Shown here: piece after piece, positions 25,253-37,585 of the stretch
How positions within the stretch are numbered: the first letter of the stretch is position 1
How the letters are laid out: each line of letters begins with the position of its first letter
Translations under genes and position numbers: made by a program
Source of the DNA: Malacoraja senta
Lineage: Eukaryota
NCBI GenBank assembly: GCA_038087875.1
Contig: CM075991.1
Coordinates: forward strand, 6,324,001-6,388,000
Direction of reading: 5' to 3'
DNA length: 64,000 bases
The notes under the pieces: model-generated
Seen by the model: only the letters and a program-made list of their open reading frames with translations
The model's database searches: none
Told to the model about the DNA's origin: nothing

Positions 25253-26978
25253 CATCAATACTATCTTTGAGTGATCAAACCCACTTACATCAAAACTATC
25301 TTTCGCACCATCAAAGTATGCAGAGTTTAAGAGTTCTGTTGCATTGCGCTGAATGAAACTTGACATAATCTCATATTCACTCATGGACACCACATCCTCT
25401 ACATACAAGTTGAGAGACCAGTTTTGAGCTGAGCCTCTAGGCACCTAAACCATGGGTCTTTGACTGTCGGAAATGTTTGCACAGAATGTAAGCTGTGATC
25501 CATGATCCCACCTACACATTGCTGCAGATGATTCAAACACTCAGGGGTGAACTGATTGCACCTCAACTGGTTTCTCACCCTTAATCAAATGTCGATGAGG
25601 TTCAACACAACTGTTGACCAAATATGGGTGGAGGCGCAGCGGTAGAGTTGCTGCCTCACAGCACCAGAGACCCAGTTCGATCCTGACCACGAGTGCTGTC
25701 TGTACGGAGTTTGTACGTTCTCCCTGTGACCGGGTGAACTAAACTAAAATAATATCTTGATCATCAAAATGCAAAAAATATATATCAAGAATAATGTCTT
25801 CAAAGTACTACAAGAAAAGTTGCAATTCAGTTTAGTTCATAAGTCATAGGAGAAGAATTAGGCCATTCGGCCCATCGAGTCTACTCCATCATTCAGTCAT
25901 GGCTGATCTATCTTTCCATCTCAACCCCATTCTCCTGCCTTCTCCGCATAACCTTTGTCACCCTTACTAAGCAAGAATCTGTCAATCTCCACTTTAAAAA
26001 TACCCAATGACTTGGTCTCCACAGCCGTCTGTGGCAATGAATTCCACAGAATCACCTCCCTCTGAATATAGAAATTCCTCCTTATCTCCTTTCTAAAGGT
26101 ATGCCCTAGACTAGGATTCTCCCACTAGTGGAAACAACCTCTCCACCCACTCTATCCAGGCCTTTCACTATTCGGTATGTTTCAATGAGGTTCCCCCTCA
26201 TCCTTCCAAACTCCAAGGAGTACAGGCTCAGAGCCGTCATACGTTTCAGAAGTCCCTGTGCTCACATTCTTTAGGGCATAAATGGCAAGGAAATTACTGA
26301 AGATAGATACAAAAAGCTGGAGTAACTCAGCGGGACAGGCAGCATCTCTGGAGAGAAGGAGTGGGTGACCTTTCGGGTCCAGACCCTTCTTCAGACTGTT
26401 GTGGGTTGCTGAATCCTCTGTTTTAGAGGTGCAAGAAATATAAACAACTCCATCGTGGCTTGGGCGTTGTTCAGACAAGCTGCACCCCCAATTGCTTAAA
26501 ACAGATGTTGGGCCCCTAACAGCCGTCAGGCTTAGAACACAATGATAGAGATGACATTGAGTCGAAACAAGGAACTGCAGATGCTGGTTTACACAAAAGG
26601 AGACTAGGCTTTGACCACGTAGGTCTGTGGGTTAATTTGGCTTCCGTAAATTGTAAATTGTCCCTAGTTTGTAGGATCGTGATAGTCTACGGAGATCGCT
26701 GGTTGGTACTGTCTCGGTGGGCCGAAGGACCTGTTTCCGTGTTGTATCTCCACAGTCTAAAATCTGGTCTAAAAGTCTAAAGTAAGCCTCCCTGCCTCTA
26801 CCTTCTTGAAGTTTTGTTGAAATTTTAAAATATTTTCTGGTTTTATTTCAGATTTTGAGCTCTTCTTTTGTTTTTGTTTCTTGCTGTTGTTGGAAATTAA
26901 TCTAGGCTATGTGTAGCCATAAAGTACATGAAACCTCAGACATGAGGAAGTATAAGCATGAATTAACATTGAGCGGCA

Positions 26979-28296
26979 AATCAAAAATAAATGGAGGTTT
27001 GGTTTTACCAAACTTTTTGTTTTATTTTTGGGCAGTTAACATTAAAAATATGAATTTTTGGTTGAAGAAATAGATCAACAACCAGATTGGTTAAAAATGG
27101 AAAAGGAAGATTGCTCACCTTTTGAAATCGGCTCGATACTATTTGCTACTTCTAAATTAAATTAAAAAATTTATAGGGAAAATCCGATAATATATAGTAC
27201 TATGCGAATTTGGAAACAATTAAAAAAGACATTAAAACTAGATAATTTATCACTTTTTCTTCCAATTGCGAATAACCCTTTGTTTAAGCCCTCATGGTTG
27301 GACAAAGGTTTCACACAATGGAAAAACTATGGAATTAAAAAGATGGGACACCTTTATAAGGAAGGCACTTTTCTTTCATTTCAGGAGTTGCAACAGATTT
27401 ATGGACTTCAAGTAAATGATTTTTTCAGATATCTCCAACTTAGAGATTACGTAAAAGCAAATACTCTAAATTTTAGAATTAGAAATTCAGACATTTTTGA
27501 CGACTGTTGGAATAAACATCCTAATACAGAAAAACTAATATCTTATATATATAATATTTTATTAGACAGCGATATCCCATTGACGGACTTACACAGACAA
27601 ACTTGGGAAAAAGAACTAAATCAAATAATAACGAAAGATACTTGGGAAGAAAGTTTACAACACATACATCAATGTTCATTAAATGCCAGACATTCTCTAA
27701 TACAATTCAAAGTAATACATAGGTTACATTATTCTAAAACAAAATTAAATAAAATCTTCCCACATATCTCACCAATATGTGATAAATGTCAACATTTAGA
27801 AGCTAACTTATCTCATATGTTTGCAAATTGCATAAAAATTAAAAATTTCTGGGTAAATATTTTCACAATAATATCTAAAGTGACTAGCATTCAATTGGAC
27901 CCGGATCCAAAATTGATAATACTTGGAACATTAGAACTAAATCAAACATTTACAACAACTCAAAGAAACTTTATTGATTATAGCATAATAACTAGGAAAA
28001 AATTAATTCTAAAATTTTGGAAAGGCCCTATAACCCCCACAATTAAAATGTGGATTATAGAAATGACGGAGACCTTACACTTGGAAAGAATTAGACTTGT
28101 CCTGTTGGACAAACAGGAACTATTCGTCGGAACATGGTCTCCCTTTATTGACTATTTAAAGGGTCAGAATGGTTCAGCACAGGAACCTGACTAACACCCG
28201 TGCCAAGGAATAGATGAAAGGTTATACTCTGAAATGTACGAATATATCTCGAATGAAGTTTTTTATCGTAGTAAATTATTCCATTCTTCTTTATTA

Positions 28297-28335
<39 letters not shown>

Positions 28336-28564
28336 GTTTTTTTGTGGTTTTTTTTTCTTGTTTCTTCTCTTTTCCCTCTTTCTTTCTTTATTTCATCTAT
28401 ATCTTTTTAGTTCTATTTAGTTTTTTAAAAAAAATTAAAAAAAGTATTGGAGACATTGTAATAATAATGGACAATATTTGTAATTTAAAAATGTAAGACT
28501 GGTATCGATTTTAATATGATATGTATCTACCTCCAATAAAAAATATCTTAAAAAAAAAAAAAAA
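26979..28564 (+). mobile_element. 5'-truncated L1/Tx1-clade LINE (ORF2 C-terminus, 3' UTR, poly-A)
   Basis: ORF 27202..28194 with zinc-knuckle-like C-terminal CDKC...HMFANC; AATAAA and poly-A at about 28535-28564; 14-bp TSD AACATTGAGCGGCA at 26965-26978 and 28565-28578. Confidence 0.88.
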
Positions 28565-28737
28565 AACATTGAGCGGCACAGTGGCACAGCTGGTAGAGCA
28601 ACTAAACTGAACATGGCGCCAGAGACCTGGGGTTCGATCCTGACCTCAAGTGCAGTCAGTTTACACGTTCTCCCTTTGACCGCGTGGATTCTCCCCCAGA
28701 TGATGTAGTTTCCTCCCGCATCTCAAAGATGTTTAGA

Positions 28738-29850
28738 TCACCATCGAGGTGGATCTATCGCAGTCGCTGCCTCAAAAAGGCTGGCAGTATCCTCAAGGAC
28801 CCACACCATCCTGGCCACACACACATCTCCCCGCTACCTTCAGGTAGAAGGTACAGGAGCCTGAAGACTGCAACGACCAGGTTCAGGAATAGCTACTTCC
28901 CCACAGCCATCAGGCTATTAAACTCGGCTCGGACAAAACTCTGAACATTAATAGCCCATTATCTGTTTATTTGCACTTTATCAATTTATTTATTCATGTG
29001 TGTATATATTTATATAATGGTATATAAAGGCAGCTGGCAAAGGTGAAGCCCATTCTTGAACGACAGCATTTTGAAACAGTAATCCATGCCTTCATCACGT
29101 CTCGGCTGGATTACTGTAACGCACTATATTTTGGAGTTAGCCAATCATCCCTTGCACATCTCCAGTTGGTTCAGAATGCTGCTGCTCGCCTTTTAACTGG
29201 AACACGTATGAGGGAGCACATAACGCCTATTCTGGCCTCCCTCCACTGGCTGCCTCCGTACTTTAGAGTTCATTTAAAGATTCTTTTATTTGTTTTTAAA
29301 TCTTTAAATGGTCTCGCCCCGCCTTACCTCTCTGAGCTGCTTCATCCCTACGCTCCCGCTCGGTGCCTCAGGTCAGCTGATCAGCTGCTCCTGGAGGTAC
29401 CGAGGTCTAAGCGGAAGCTCAGAGGGGATAGAGCCTTCTCTGTTGCTGCTCCGACATTATGGAACACTCTACCTTTGCACATTAGACAGGCCCCTTCACT
29501 GTCCATTTTCAAAACTAGTCTTAAAACCCTTTTCTATTCCTTGGCTTTTGACCCTGCATGAGACTTTGCTCCGGTTTTAGTGTTTCTATTGTTTTTTTTA
29601 TTGTTTTTACTGTCTTTAATGTTTTTACTGTTTTGTTTTATGTTTATGATTAGTCATGTACAGTACTTTGTTGCAACAGTGGTTGTTTTTAAAGTGCTCT
29701 TTAAATAAAGTTCAGTTCAGTTCAATATATGGACACACTGATCTGTTCTGTATTCATGCCTACTATGTTCTGTTGTGCTGAAGCAAAGCAAGAATTTCAT
29801 TGTCCTATCTGGGACACATGACAATAAACTCACTTGAATCTCTTGAATCT
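28738..29850 (+). mobile_element. Rex1/Babar-type LINE 3' end, interrupted by the L2 at 29026-29725
   Basis: RCLKKAGSILKDPHHPGH....LPSGRRYRSL...TTRFRNSYFP.AIRLLN; the 3' UTR resumes at GGACACACTG and ends ACATGACAATAAAC..CTTGAATC. Confidence 0.78.
29026..29725 (+). mobile_element. L2-clade LINE 3' fragment, different family, (GTTCA)n tail
   Basis: ORF 29043..29561: IHAFITSRLDYCNAL...LQLVQNAAARLL...HITPILASLHWLP. Confidence 0.87.
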
Positions 29851-30054
29851 TGAATTTTCAAGTTTGTAGTTTAATTGGTTTCTGTAAATTCCCCCTCGTG
29901 TACAGGACGTGAAAGTGGGATAATAAGCTAGTATGAACGGGCGATCGATATTCAGCGTGGACTCAGTGGGCCGAAGGGCCTGTTTCCGCGCTGTACCTCT
30001 AACATAAACTAAACATTTCCCTGAATCTTTCTGCCATCTGGTGCTTTTCAACAG

Positions 30055-30180
30055 GTTGCGGTGACCGAGATCGGATGGGGAACGTCCAGGACTCTCACAT
30101 GCTGATGGCCAATTCGCAGAGTGAAATGGAAGAATGGGTGAAAGCTATCCGTAGAACGATGGGAAATCTTTCCACTGGAG
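30055..30180 (+). CDS. ARHGAP25: ARHGAP25 exon 4, end of PH domain (CGDRDRMGNVQDSHMLMANSQSEMEEWVKAIRRTMGNLSTG)
   Basis: TTTTCAACAG acceptor; PH C-terminal helix EMEEWVKAIR; donor GAG|GTACCA; 126 nt. Confidence 0.92.
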
Positions 30181-31520
30181 GTACCATCATACACACAAAC
30201 GTTTCCTGAATTGCTGTTTATAACAGATTCTGGTTGTGAGAAAAATATCCTGCAAGTGATGCACATGAATGTTATTATGTGTGCATGCAATCATTTAGAC
30301 CATATTGCCTGTGTTGTAAGGGAGTTGCGGCAATGTCGATGGTACTCAATTTCAAGTGGGACTTCATACGGAGTTCATGTCCTCTATGGTGGAAAGTTCC
30401 CAAGCACTATTTGTAAAAGAGGACATTGGCTTGGGCAAGTTGGTCTGAAGGACCTGCTTCCCTGCCATATGACTCCCTGTTCTTTAGCAGAGTTGTCTAA
30501 AGCCACAAGGCATTGGTTAGAGTAAGGGGCAAGAGGTGTCGGAGGGATTTGAAGAGGAACACTTTTACTCGGAGAATGGTTGGAATCAGAACCAGAGACA
30601 TAGAGCATGGAAGCAGGCCATTCTGCCCTAAACATCCCTGCTGACCAGTGGGCAAGCATTCGTATTAATCCTATCTTGGAATTTGGATTGTGGTGTCTGT
30701 GTGGGGCAGAGATACTACTCTACCACATTTAAGAAGTATCCAGATGAACATTTGAATCAACATGACATTAAAAACTCCAGGCCAAACACAGATAATAGCG
30801 ATTAAAATAGATAGGAACATTGATGGTCAGCTTGGACATGGTATGGTATGGTACTTTATTTATCACGTGTACCAAGGTGCAGTGACATTTATTTTTGTAT
30901 ACAGTTCAGTACGTATCACTATACATAAGTATTTTGATACATATTAGACAAGCATCTCAGATACAGTCCACAGTGGTGGGCTGATGGGCTGACCCCAATA
31001 CTTTTATTCCAGACTAATGTAATACGTTTAAGTCAGATTTCCAGGCTGTTATCTCCAGCTCATGCCCAGCTCACCAGCCGTCACAGCGGGTCTCTTCCAC
31101 ATTGGATAACTCTCTTCAGAACATCTCCATTTAGTCCACAAAAATGTGTTTTATAACTTTCCCGTTTCCAATAAAGGATCATTGACCTGAAACATTCTTT
31201 CTCCAAACTTGCACCCCTGACCTTGTGAGTAATTCTAGCAACTTCTGTTTTTGTTTTAAATAACACGCCAGGCCTCTTGATTACTAGGATAGAAACTTAA
31301 TTCCTCCACTATTTCCTTTAAATAGCAACCACATAATATGCGAGGAAAGCGTTTTCATGAATCGTCCGATAAAAGACTTCTGCTATTTAATAATGTATTC
31401 AGCTCAAATGCCTGACCTGACCTGGTCTATCGTATGTTGAAATAACCAGTTTAGTTACCATTGTTCAACGTCTAGGGCTTGGTCACATTAAATGTTGAGA
31501 GTTTTCTAGCTTTACTCTTA

Positions 31521-32212
31521 AGGGCCTGTCCCACTTGGCCGTCATTCGCACGCCATTTACGCGACCTGCTAGCGCGTGGGTAGCGTGTGGGTAGCACGTG
31601 GGTAGCGTGTGGGTAGCACGTGGGTAGCGCGTGGGTAGCACGTGGGTAGCGTGGGACGGGCTCATGGAGTGGTGTGGAGGAGTGTGGAATGGCGTGGAGG
31701 AGTGTGGACTTCGTCCTGCACGAAATCTTTGCGCGCCACCGGCCTGTCGCGTAACTGACGGCAAAGTGGGACAGGCCCAAGACCCTGGCGCGGCGCAACG
31801 TCTCACCTCCAACAGCAGCAGAAGCAGGCAAATGATCGCCGAGTTCGGCCTGGGGCTCACGGCCGTTGCCCCCACTCCTACTCCCAGAGCGGGGCCAAGA
31901 TGATTGGAGATAGACACAAAATGCTGGAGTAACTCAACGGGACCGGCAGCATCTTTGGAGAGAAGCAATGGGTGATGTTCCGGGTAGAGACCCTTCCTCA
32001 GACTGAAGAAGAGTCTCGACCCGAAACATCATCCATTCCTTCTCTCCAGAGATGCTGCCGGTCCCGCTGAGTTACTCCTGCATTTTGTGTCTATCTTCAA
32101 ATGACGTCACGCGCTCCAGACGGCTGTGCGGACGCATGATGACGCTCGCGACCATCGCGCGTCAGTCACTACCGACCTGTCGCGTAAATGACGGCCCAAG
32201 TGGACAGGCCCT
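31521..32212. mobile_element. Harbinger-like MITE, family D, with an internal TIR copy and a nested Penelope inverted pair
   Basis: TTA|AGGGCCTGTCCCACTT ... AAGTGGACAGGCCCT|TTA; internal (GTGGGTAGCAC)n; Penelope pair at about 31905-32100. Confidence 0.72.
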
Positions 32213-33291
32213 TTAGTTCCAAGTAATCCAATTTATCAGAAAGTATTTTCGGAAGTGTATTATTTACAATGAATCAGTTTACAAAAGCTTCAATTTCCAG
32301 GAAAGAAAGTGGAAGTATGGTATGGTACGGAGGTGTAACTGCAGAAGGAAGCATTAGTACAGCTTCTGGAAAATACTTAACTCTCCCACTACTGGACTGA
32401 CCCTGGGGATAATTGGGTTAACGTATGAGTGTCGTTTGTGTTGGAAGGAACTGCAGATGCTGGTTTACACCAAAGATAGACACAAAATGCTGGAGTAACT
32501 CAGCGGAGTCAGGCAGCATCTCTGGAGAAAAGGAATAAGTGATGTTTTGGGTCGAGACCCTTCTTCAGTTTAGGTTACTCCAGCATTTTGTGTCTATCTT
32601 AAGTGTAGCGTTTGTTGGTTCTGGCCGCACTCACCAGAGTTTAGGAGGATCTCAATGAAACCTACCGAATAATGAAAGACCTAGATGGAGTGGATGTGGG
32701 GAGGATGTTTCCAGTAGTGGGAGTGTCTAGGACCAGAGGGCACAGCCTCAGAATAAAAGGACTTTAAAATGAGGATGAATTTCTTTTACCAGTGAGTGGT
32801 GAATCTGTGGAGTTAATTGCCACAGATGGCTGTGTGGGACCAATCATTAGGTGTGTTTAAAGCAGATATTGATAGGGTCTTGATCAGTAAGGGTGTCAAA
32901 GATTACGGGAAGAAGGAAGGAAAATTGGGTTGAGAGGGAAAAATAGATCAGCCATGATCAAATGGTGGAGCAGACACAATGGGCCAAATGGCCTAGTTAC
33001 TATTTCTGCTGTGCTGGTAGCTTTGCAATTTGCAATGAAGACGATATTTGTGCCGGTTGGCAGTCTAACCACTAACTTTGCAGGAACATCACAAATTGCC
33101 TTCAGGATTCCTCTCATCAGAAGTCAAAAGTAGTGGCAGTAAACTCATCTTCCCTGTTGGAGATGCAAAGAAATCTTCCACCTTGAAATCCAACGGCTCT
33201 CTCTGCAAAGGTGGTGGAATCTAAACCTATAATCTTTGAACTCTTAAGATGCTGGAGGGAGTATCAACTTCAACAATTTCTCTTCCCTCAG

Positions 33292-33498
33292 CTGTCTTTG
33301 GCCAGCGTCTGACAGACACTATAAGTTACGAGCAAAGGTTTGGCCAACATTTGGTGCCCAGTATTGTGGAGAATGTGCAGATTTCATGCGGGAGCATGGG
33401 CTAAAGGAGGAAGGAATCTTCCGCTTACCAGGGCAAGACAACTTGGTGAAGGAACTGAGGGATGCTTTCGATGCTGGAGAGAGGCCATCTTTTAACCG
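33292..33498 (+). CDS. ARHGAP25: ARHGAP25 exon 5, RhoGAP start (VFGQRL...LVPSIVE[K]CADFMREHGLKEEGIFRLPGQDNLVKELRDAFDAGERPSFN) with apparent 1-nt deletion
   Basis: TCCCTCAG acceptor; donor CG|GTATGC; arginine-finger motif GIFRLPG. Length is 207 nt, but the flanking phases require 3n+1; the frame shifts at 33372-33373. Confidence 0.9.
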
Positions 33499-34279
33499 GT
33501 ATGCATCTAAAACACTACCGTGAGAAAATTATTCCTATAACGCCAACACATTTCAGAAAGGATGTGACAATACCCAGCAAGGCATGGAAGAAGTTAGCAT
33601 TTGTGGCATTCCTAACTGTCACCAAGGCAAATTCCTTGTATGTGAATACTTGGCCAATAAACATTCATTCATTCATGGATATTGCTGGGGATAGACTGTT
33701 TTATTTAAGGGTGGTGAATCTGTGGAATTCATTGCCACAGACGACTATGGAGGCCAAGTCAATGGTTATTTTTAAGGCTGAGATTAATAGATTCTAGATT
33801 AGTATGGGTGTCAGGGGTTATGGGGAGAAGGCAGGAGAATAGTGTTGAGAAGGAAAGATAGATAGATCAGCCATGATTGAATGGTGGAGTAGATGTGAGG
33901 GGCCAAATGACCTAATTCTGCTCCTATAACTTATGAACTTATGAGAGAATATTTTCGTGGACTGGGAGATTTAATCAAGGTATATAAAATAATGAGAAGA
34001 TAACATAGGATGAGTTTGATAAACCTGTTCCATGGGGGCGCAGATCAATCACTAAAGGGTATTGTTTTAAGGTGCTTAAAAGGAATATTAAAGGGAGAGT
34101 CAAGGATAAATGGAACTTACCACTTTGAGGGTATTAGTGCACTTACAAATTGGTTGGATGCGCATTGGAGAAGCTCACAAAAGCCATAGACCATGAGCGG
34201 GGAAGTAGGATGAATTTAGCCCGTGCGTTTACAATCAGCACGGGCAAAGTGGGCAAGAATCGTCTCCTTCTGAGCATTC

Positions 34280-34555
34280 TTTTTTCTTCAAAATAGAATT
34301 TATTCAAGTTATAAATATATACAATACGTGTACCTTGCAAAAAACTCCATCCAACATTCTCGGAGGCTATACATACATACAATCCAGTTTCCTCAAATTA
34401 TAATTTTACCTCACTCCTTTGCCACATTTGTGGCCCACTGCCGTGAAATCGCTTCCCTTATTTTGAGGGCATCTCCACCACACCCTGCCCCCCCCCCCCC
34501 CATGTCCAGCAGCAGCAGAAGGACCCTAGACTGTCGCCCTCCCCCACAGAGCCGG
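34280..34555 (-). mobile_element. Short poly-A-tailed retroposon fragment (possibly L1/Tx1-mobilised)
   Basis: Minus-strand AATAAA plus A-tail at the left end; direct repeat GCATTC at 34274-34279 and 34556-34561. Confidence 0.5.
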
Positions 34556-35856
34556 GCATTCACTTTATCAGATAATCACACTATTCAACAACACACTCGT
34601 GGTTGGTGGGTGACGCCATATTGGGCACTGGATCTAATCTTTCAGCAATTGTGTGCATTAGCAACATCAGATCACACCCCTCTCCACTTTCCTGTCAATT
34701 TGAAGTCACCAGAAATAAAAATAAAGTAAAGATGAAAATATATTTTGCGTCATCTAAGAGTAGGCAAAATTAGCTCCAGCGTTACAGCATGAGTATGACA
34801 GAATTACATTTCTCAGGCCTTTTGTCAGCTGAATAACCTTCCAAACCACTTAGTGATTCAGTCATAGCTAATCCAGTCTTGGCCTCGACCACTTTCCCTT
34901 GCTCTCCACATACCTATTGTTCCCTTGTAGTCAAAGTTTCAGTCATTCTCTCCCTTGAATATATTGAATGACGGCCTCCACAAATCTCTGCGGTAGAGAC
35001 TTCCAAAAAAATATTATGATCCTCAAAGAAATTCCTCCTCATCTTTACCTTAAATACCCACTTTCTAAATGTTTCCATTTCTAAAGCAATGGCCCTAGTT
35101 CTAGGCAACTTTATGAGAAGAAATATCCTCTCAGCATCGTTTGTCAATGCCCGACCAAATTCAACATGTTTGAATTCCTCTAAATTCTTTCATGCATTAA
35201 CCCCATTCATCCCAGAAATTGTTCTCATAAACCTTCCCTCCTCTGCTTCCAATGCAAGTTTGCCCTTCCTAAAACATGGAGACCAAAATAACTAAGGAGG
35301 TCATTCCAGGTAACATATCTCACTCATCATAAATGACAGCTTATGGAGAGCAAGAATGTAACTTGAGGTGTGGATTCGGACTACAAATGTACAAATTATG
35401 GAAATAATATCAATCTAATAACTAGTTGAACTTCAATGGGGGATAAAATTGAAAAGTGAATGATTACAGTGTGTTCAATTAGAATAAATTGATTTTGCTA
35501 CATTTGAAACTTGATGTGCTTTTCCAGCTACATACCGTATGTTTGTTTTAAGAAACACTTAACAACAAATTATATCAAAACTGTGGGAATTATATCAAAA
35601 CTGTGGGTTTCACTAATGCAGGAGATGAATGAATGAATAAGTTTATTGGCCAAGTATTCACATACAAGGAATTTGCCTTGGTGCTCCACCCGCAAGTGAC
35701 AACATGATATACAGTGACAGTTAAGAATGACACATAAAACATTAAACATTAATAATAAATGCTTCCTGACCCGCTGAGTTACTTTTTTTTGTAAACCAGA
35801 AACTGCAATTGTTTATTTCTAGATGTCATTGTCATATACTGAAACTTGTCTTGCAG

Positions 35857-35989
35857 AGATACAGATGTGCACACTGTGGCCTCTTTGTTCAAGCTGTACT
35901 TCCGAGAACTCCCAGAACCAGTTGTTCCCTGGTCCCAATATGAAGACTTCCTTGCATGCAGTCAGATGATGGGCAGCAATAACAAGTTG
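35857..35989 (+). CDS. ARHGAP25: ARHGAP25 exon 6, RhoGAP ([44 protein letters not shown])
   Basis: TTGCAG acceptor; RhoGAP motif [17 protein letters not shown]; donor TTG|GTGTGT; 133 nt. Confidence 0.92.
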
Positions 35990-36291
35990 GTGTGTTGTCA
36001 GTCTCCCTGTACTTGATCCTCCACCTTGCTGTTTTTCATTAACATCGAAAAATATGAATTCAATATGCTATCCAAAATTTGCTAAAACATTAATAGTGCT
36101 GTACATTTTGTATGGGGTGGCACGCTAAGTTTAAACAATTGCCCTCTACAGTTCATATTAAGTCACACGAGATGTCAACGAATATTGATTCTGTCTCGTT
36201 TTAATCAAGAAATGGCAACTTCGCAAAGAGATAAAATGTATGTTTTGATCACAGTCTGATTGTGATCAATGGTGTGTTTTTTTCTTGACAG

Positions 36292-36365
36292 GGGCAAAAG
36301 GAGCTGATGAAACAAATATCGCTGTTGCCTCAGGCAAACCACAACCTGCTCAGTTATATCTGCAG
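36292..36365 (+). CDS. ARHGAP25: ARHGAP25 exon 7 (GQKELMKQISLLPQANHNLLSYICR)
   Basis: TTCTTGACAG acceptor; donor CAG|GTAAGC; 74 nt. Confidence 0.92.
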
Positions 36366-37463
36366 GTAAGCCAGTCCACCAGAAACACCTACCAGCCAAC
36401 CCTTTGATTGCACAGTTTGTTACAGTGGAAATCAGAATATAGAGTCACAGAGTCATAGAGTCACATAGCATGGAAAAAGACCCATCGGCCCAACTTGCTC
36501 ACACCCACCAACATGTCCCGTCTACCCTAGTCCCACCTGTCTGCATTTGGCCAATATCCCTCTAAACCTATCCTATCCATGTCTAATGTTTAAATGTTTA
36601 AATGTTTCCTGTTTCCATGCTGTATGGCTCTATGACTTCAATTCAGCCAATCATCAAGGATGTGTAGGAAGGGAACGGCAGATGCTGGTTAAACTGAAGA
36701 TAGACCTAAAATGCTGGGAGTTACTCAGCGGGACAGGCAGCATCTCTGGAGAGAAGGAATGGGTGACGTTTCAGGTCAAGACCCTTCTTCAGACCTTAAC
36801 AATGGGCCAGGCTAAAATCAGCAAGGATGTTCCTCATTCATATATCTGCCTGTGATACAGAACATATATCAATGGAGATGACAAGAGTAATAACTAGAGA
36901 TACGCATTTAAATTATGAACACAATAAATAGATGAAACAATAGGTAAATTAATATTCATGCAGCATGATTAGGGTTTAGAATGCATTGTTTAATACTGTG
37001 GTAAAAACAGATTCAAACTTTGCCTTAAAAAGAGAAATGGATAATATTTAACTAATTTTTCTTCTTTAACTTGGGAAGACTTTGGGAGCAGGACAAACAA
37101 GATTGGTCTTTGTAGGATTCGTCTCAGACTACACAGGCTACATGGCCTAATGATATACAATTCTAGAATAATGGAAGTTTGATGCGAAGATTCTTTCTTC
37201 ATGACAAAATAACTTTGATAATTTGACACCAGTTAGTTAGATTTAGCTCTTTGGGCTAAGGGAATCAAGGGATATGGGGAAAAATGGGGTACTGATTTTG
37301 GATGATCAGCCATGATCATATTGAATGGCGGTGCTGGCTCAAAGGGCCAAATGGCCTACTCCTGCACCTATTTTCTATGTTTCTATGTTTATATGTATTA
37401 CCTTACATAGGTAAGTCTATAATGATGTGATAAATGAATATTTCTGCTCTCTTTCTTGACCAG

Positions 37464-37585
37464 GTTTCTCCATGAAGTCCAGCTGCACTCTGCCATTAAC
37501 AAGATGAGTGTGGACAATTTGGCCACTGTTATCGGGGTGAATCTCTTCAGGCCCAAGATTGAGGATCCAGTGGCCATCATGAGAG
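37464..37585 (+). CDS. ARHGAP25: ARHGAP25 exon 8 ([40 protein letters not shown])
   Basis: CTTGACCAG acceptor; RhoGAP motif [11 protein letters not shown]; non-canonical donor AG|GCAAGT gives the correct phase. Confidence 0.9.

Noticed and set aside
31472..31968. Repetitive ORFs (HATHVLPTRYP...)
   Set aside because: Translations of internal tandem repeats of a MITE.
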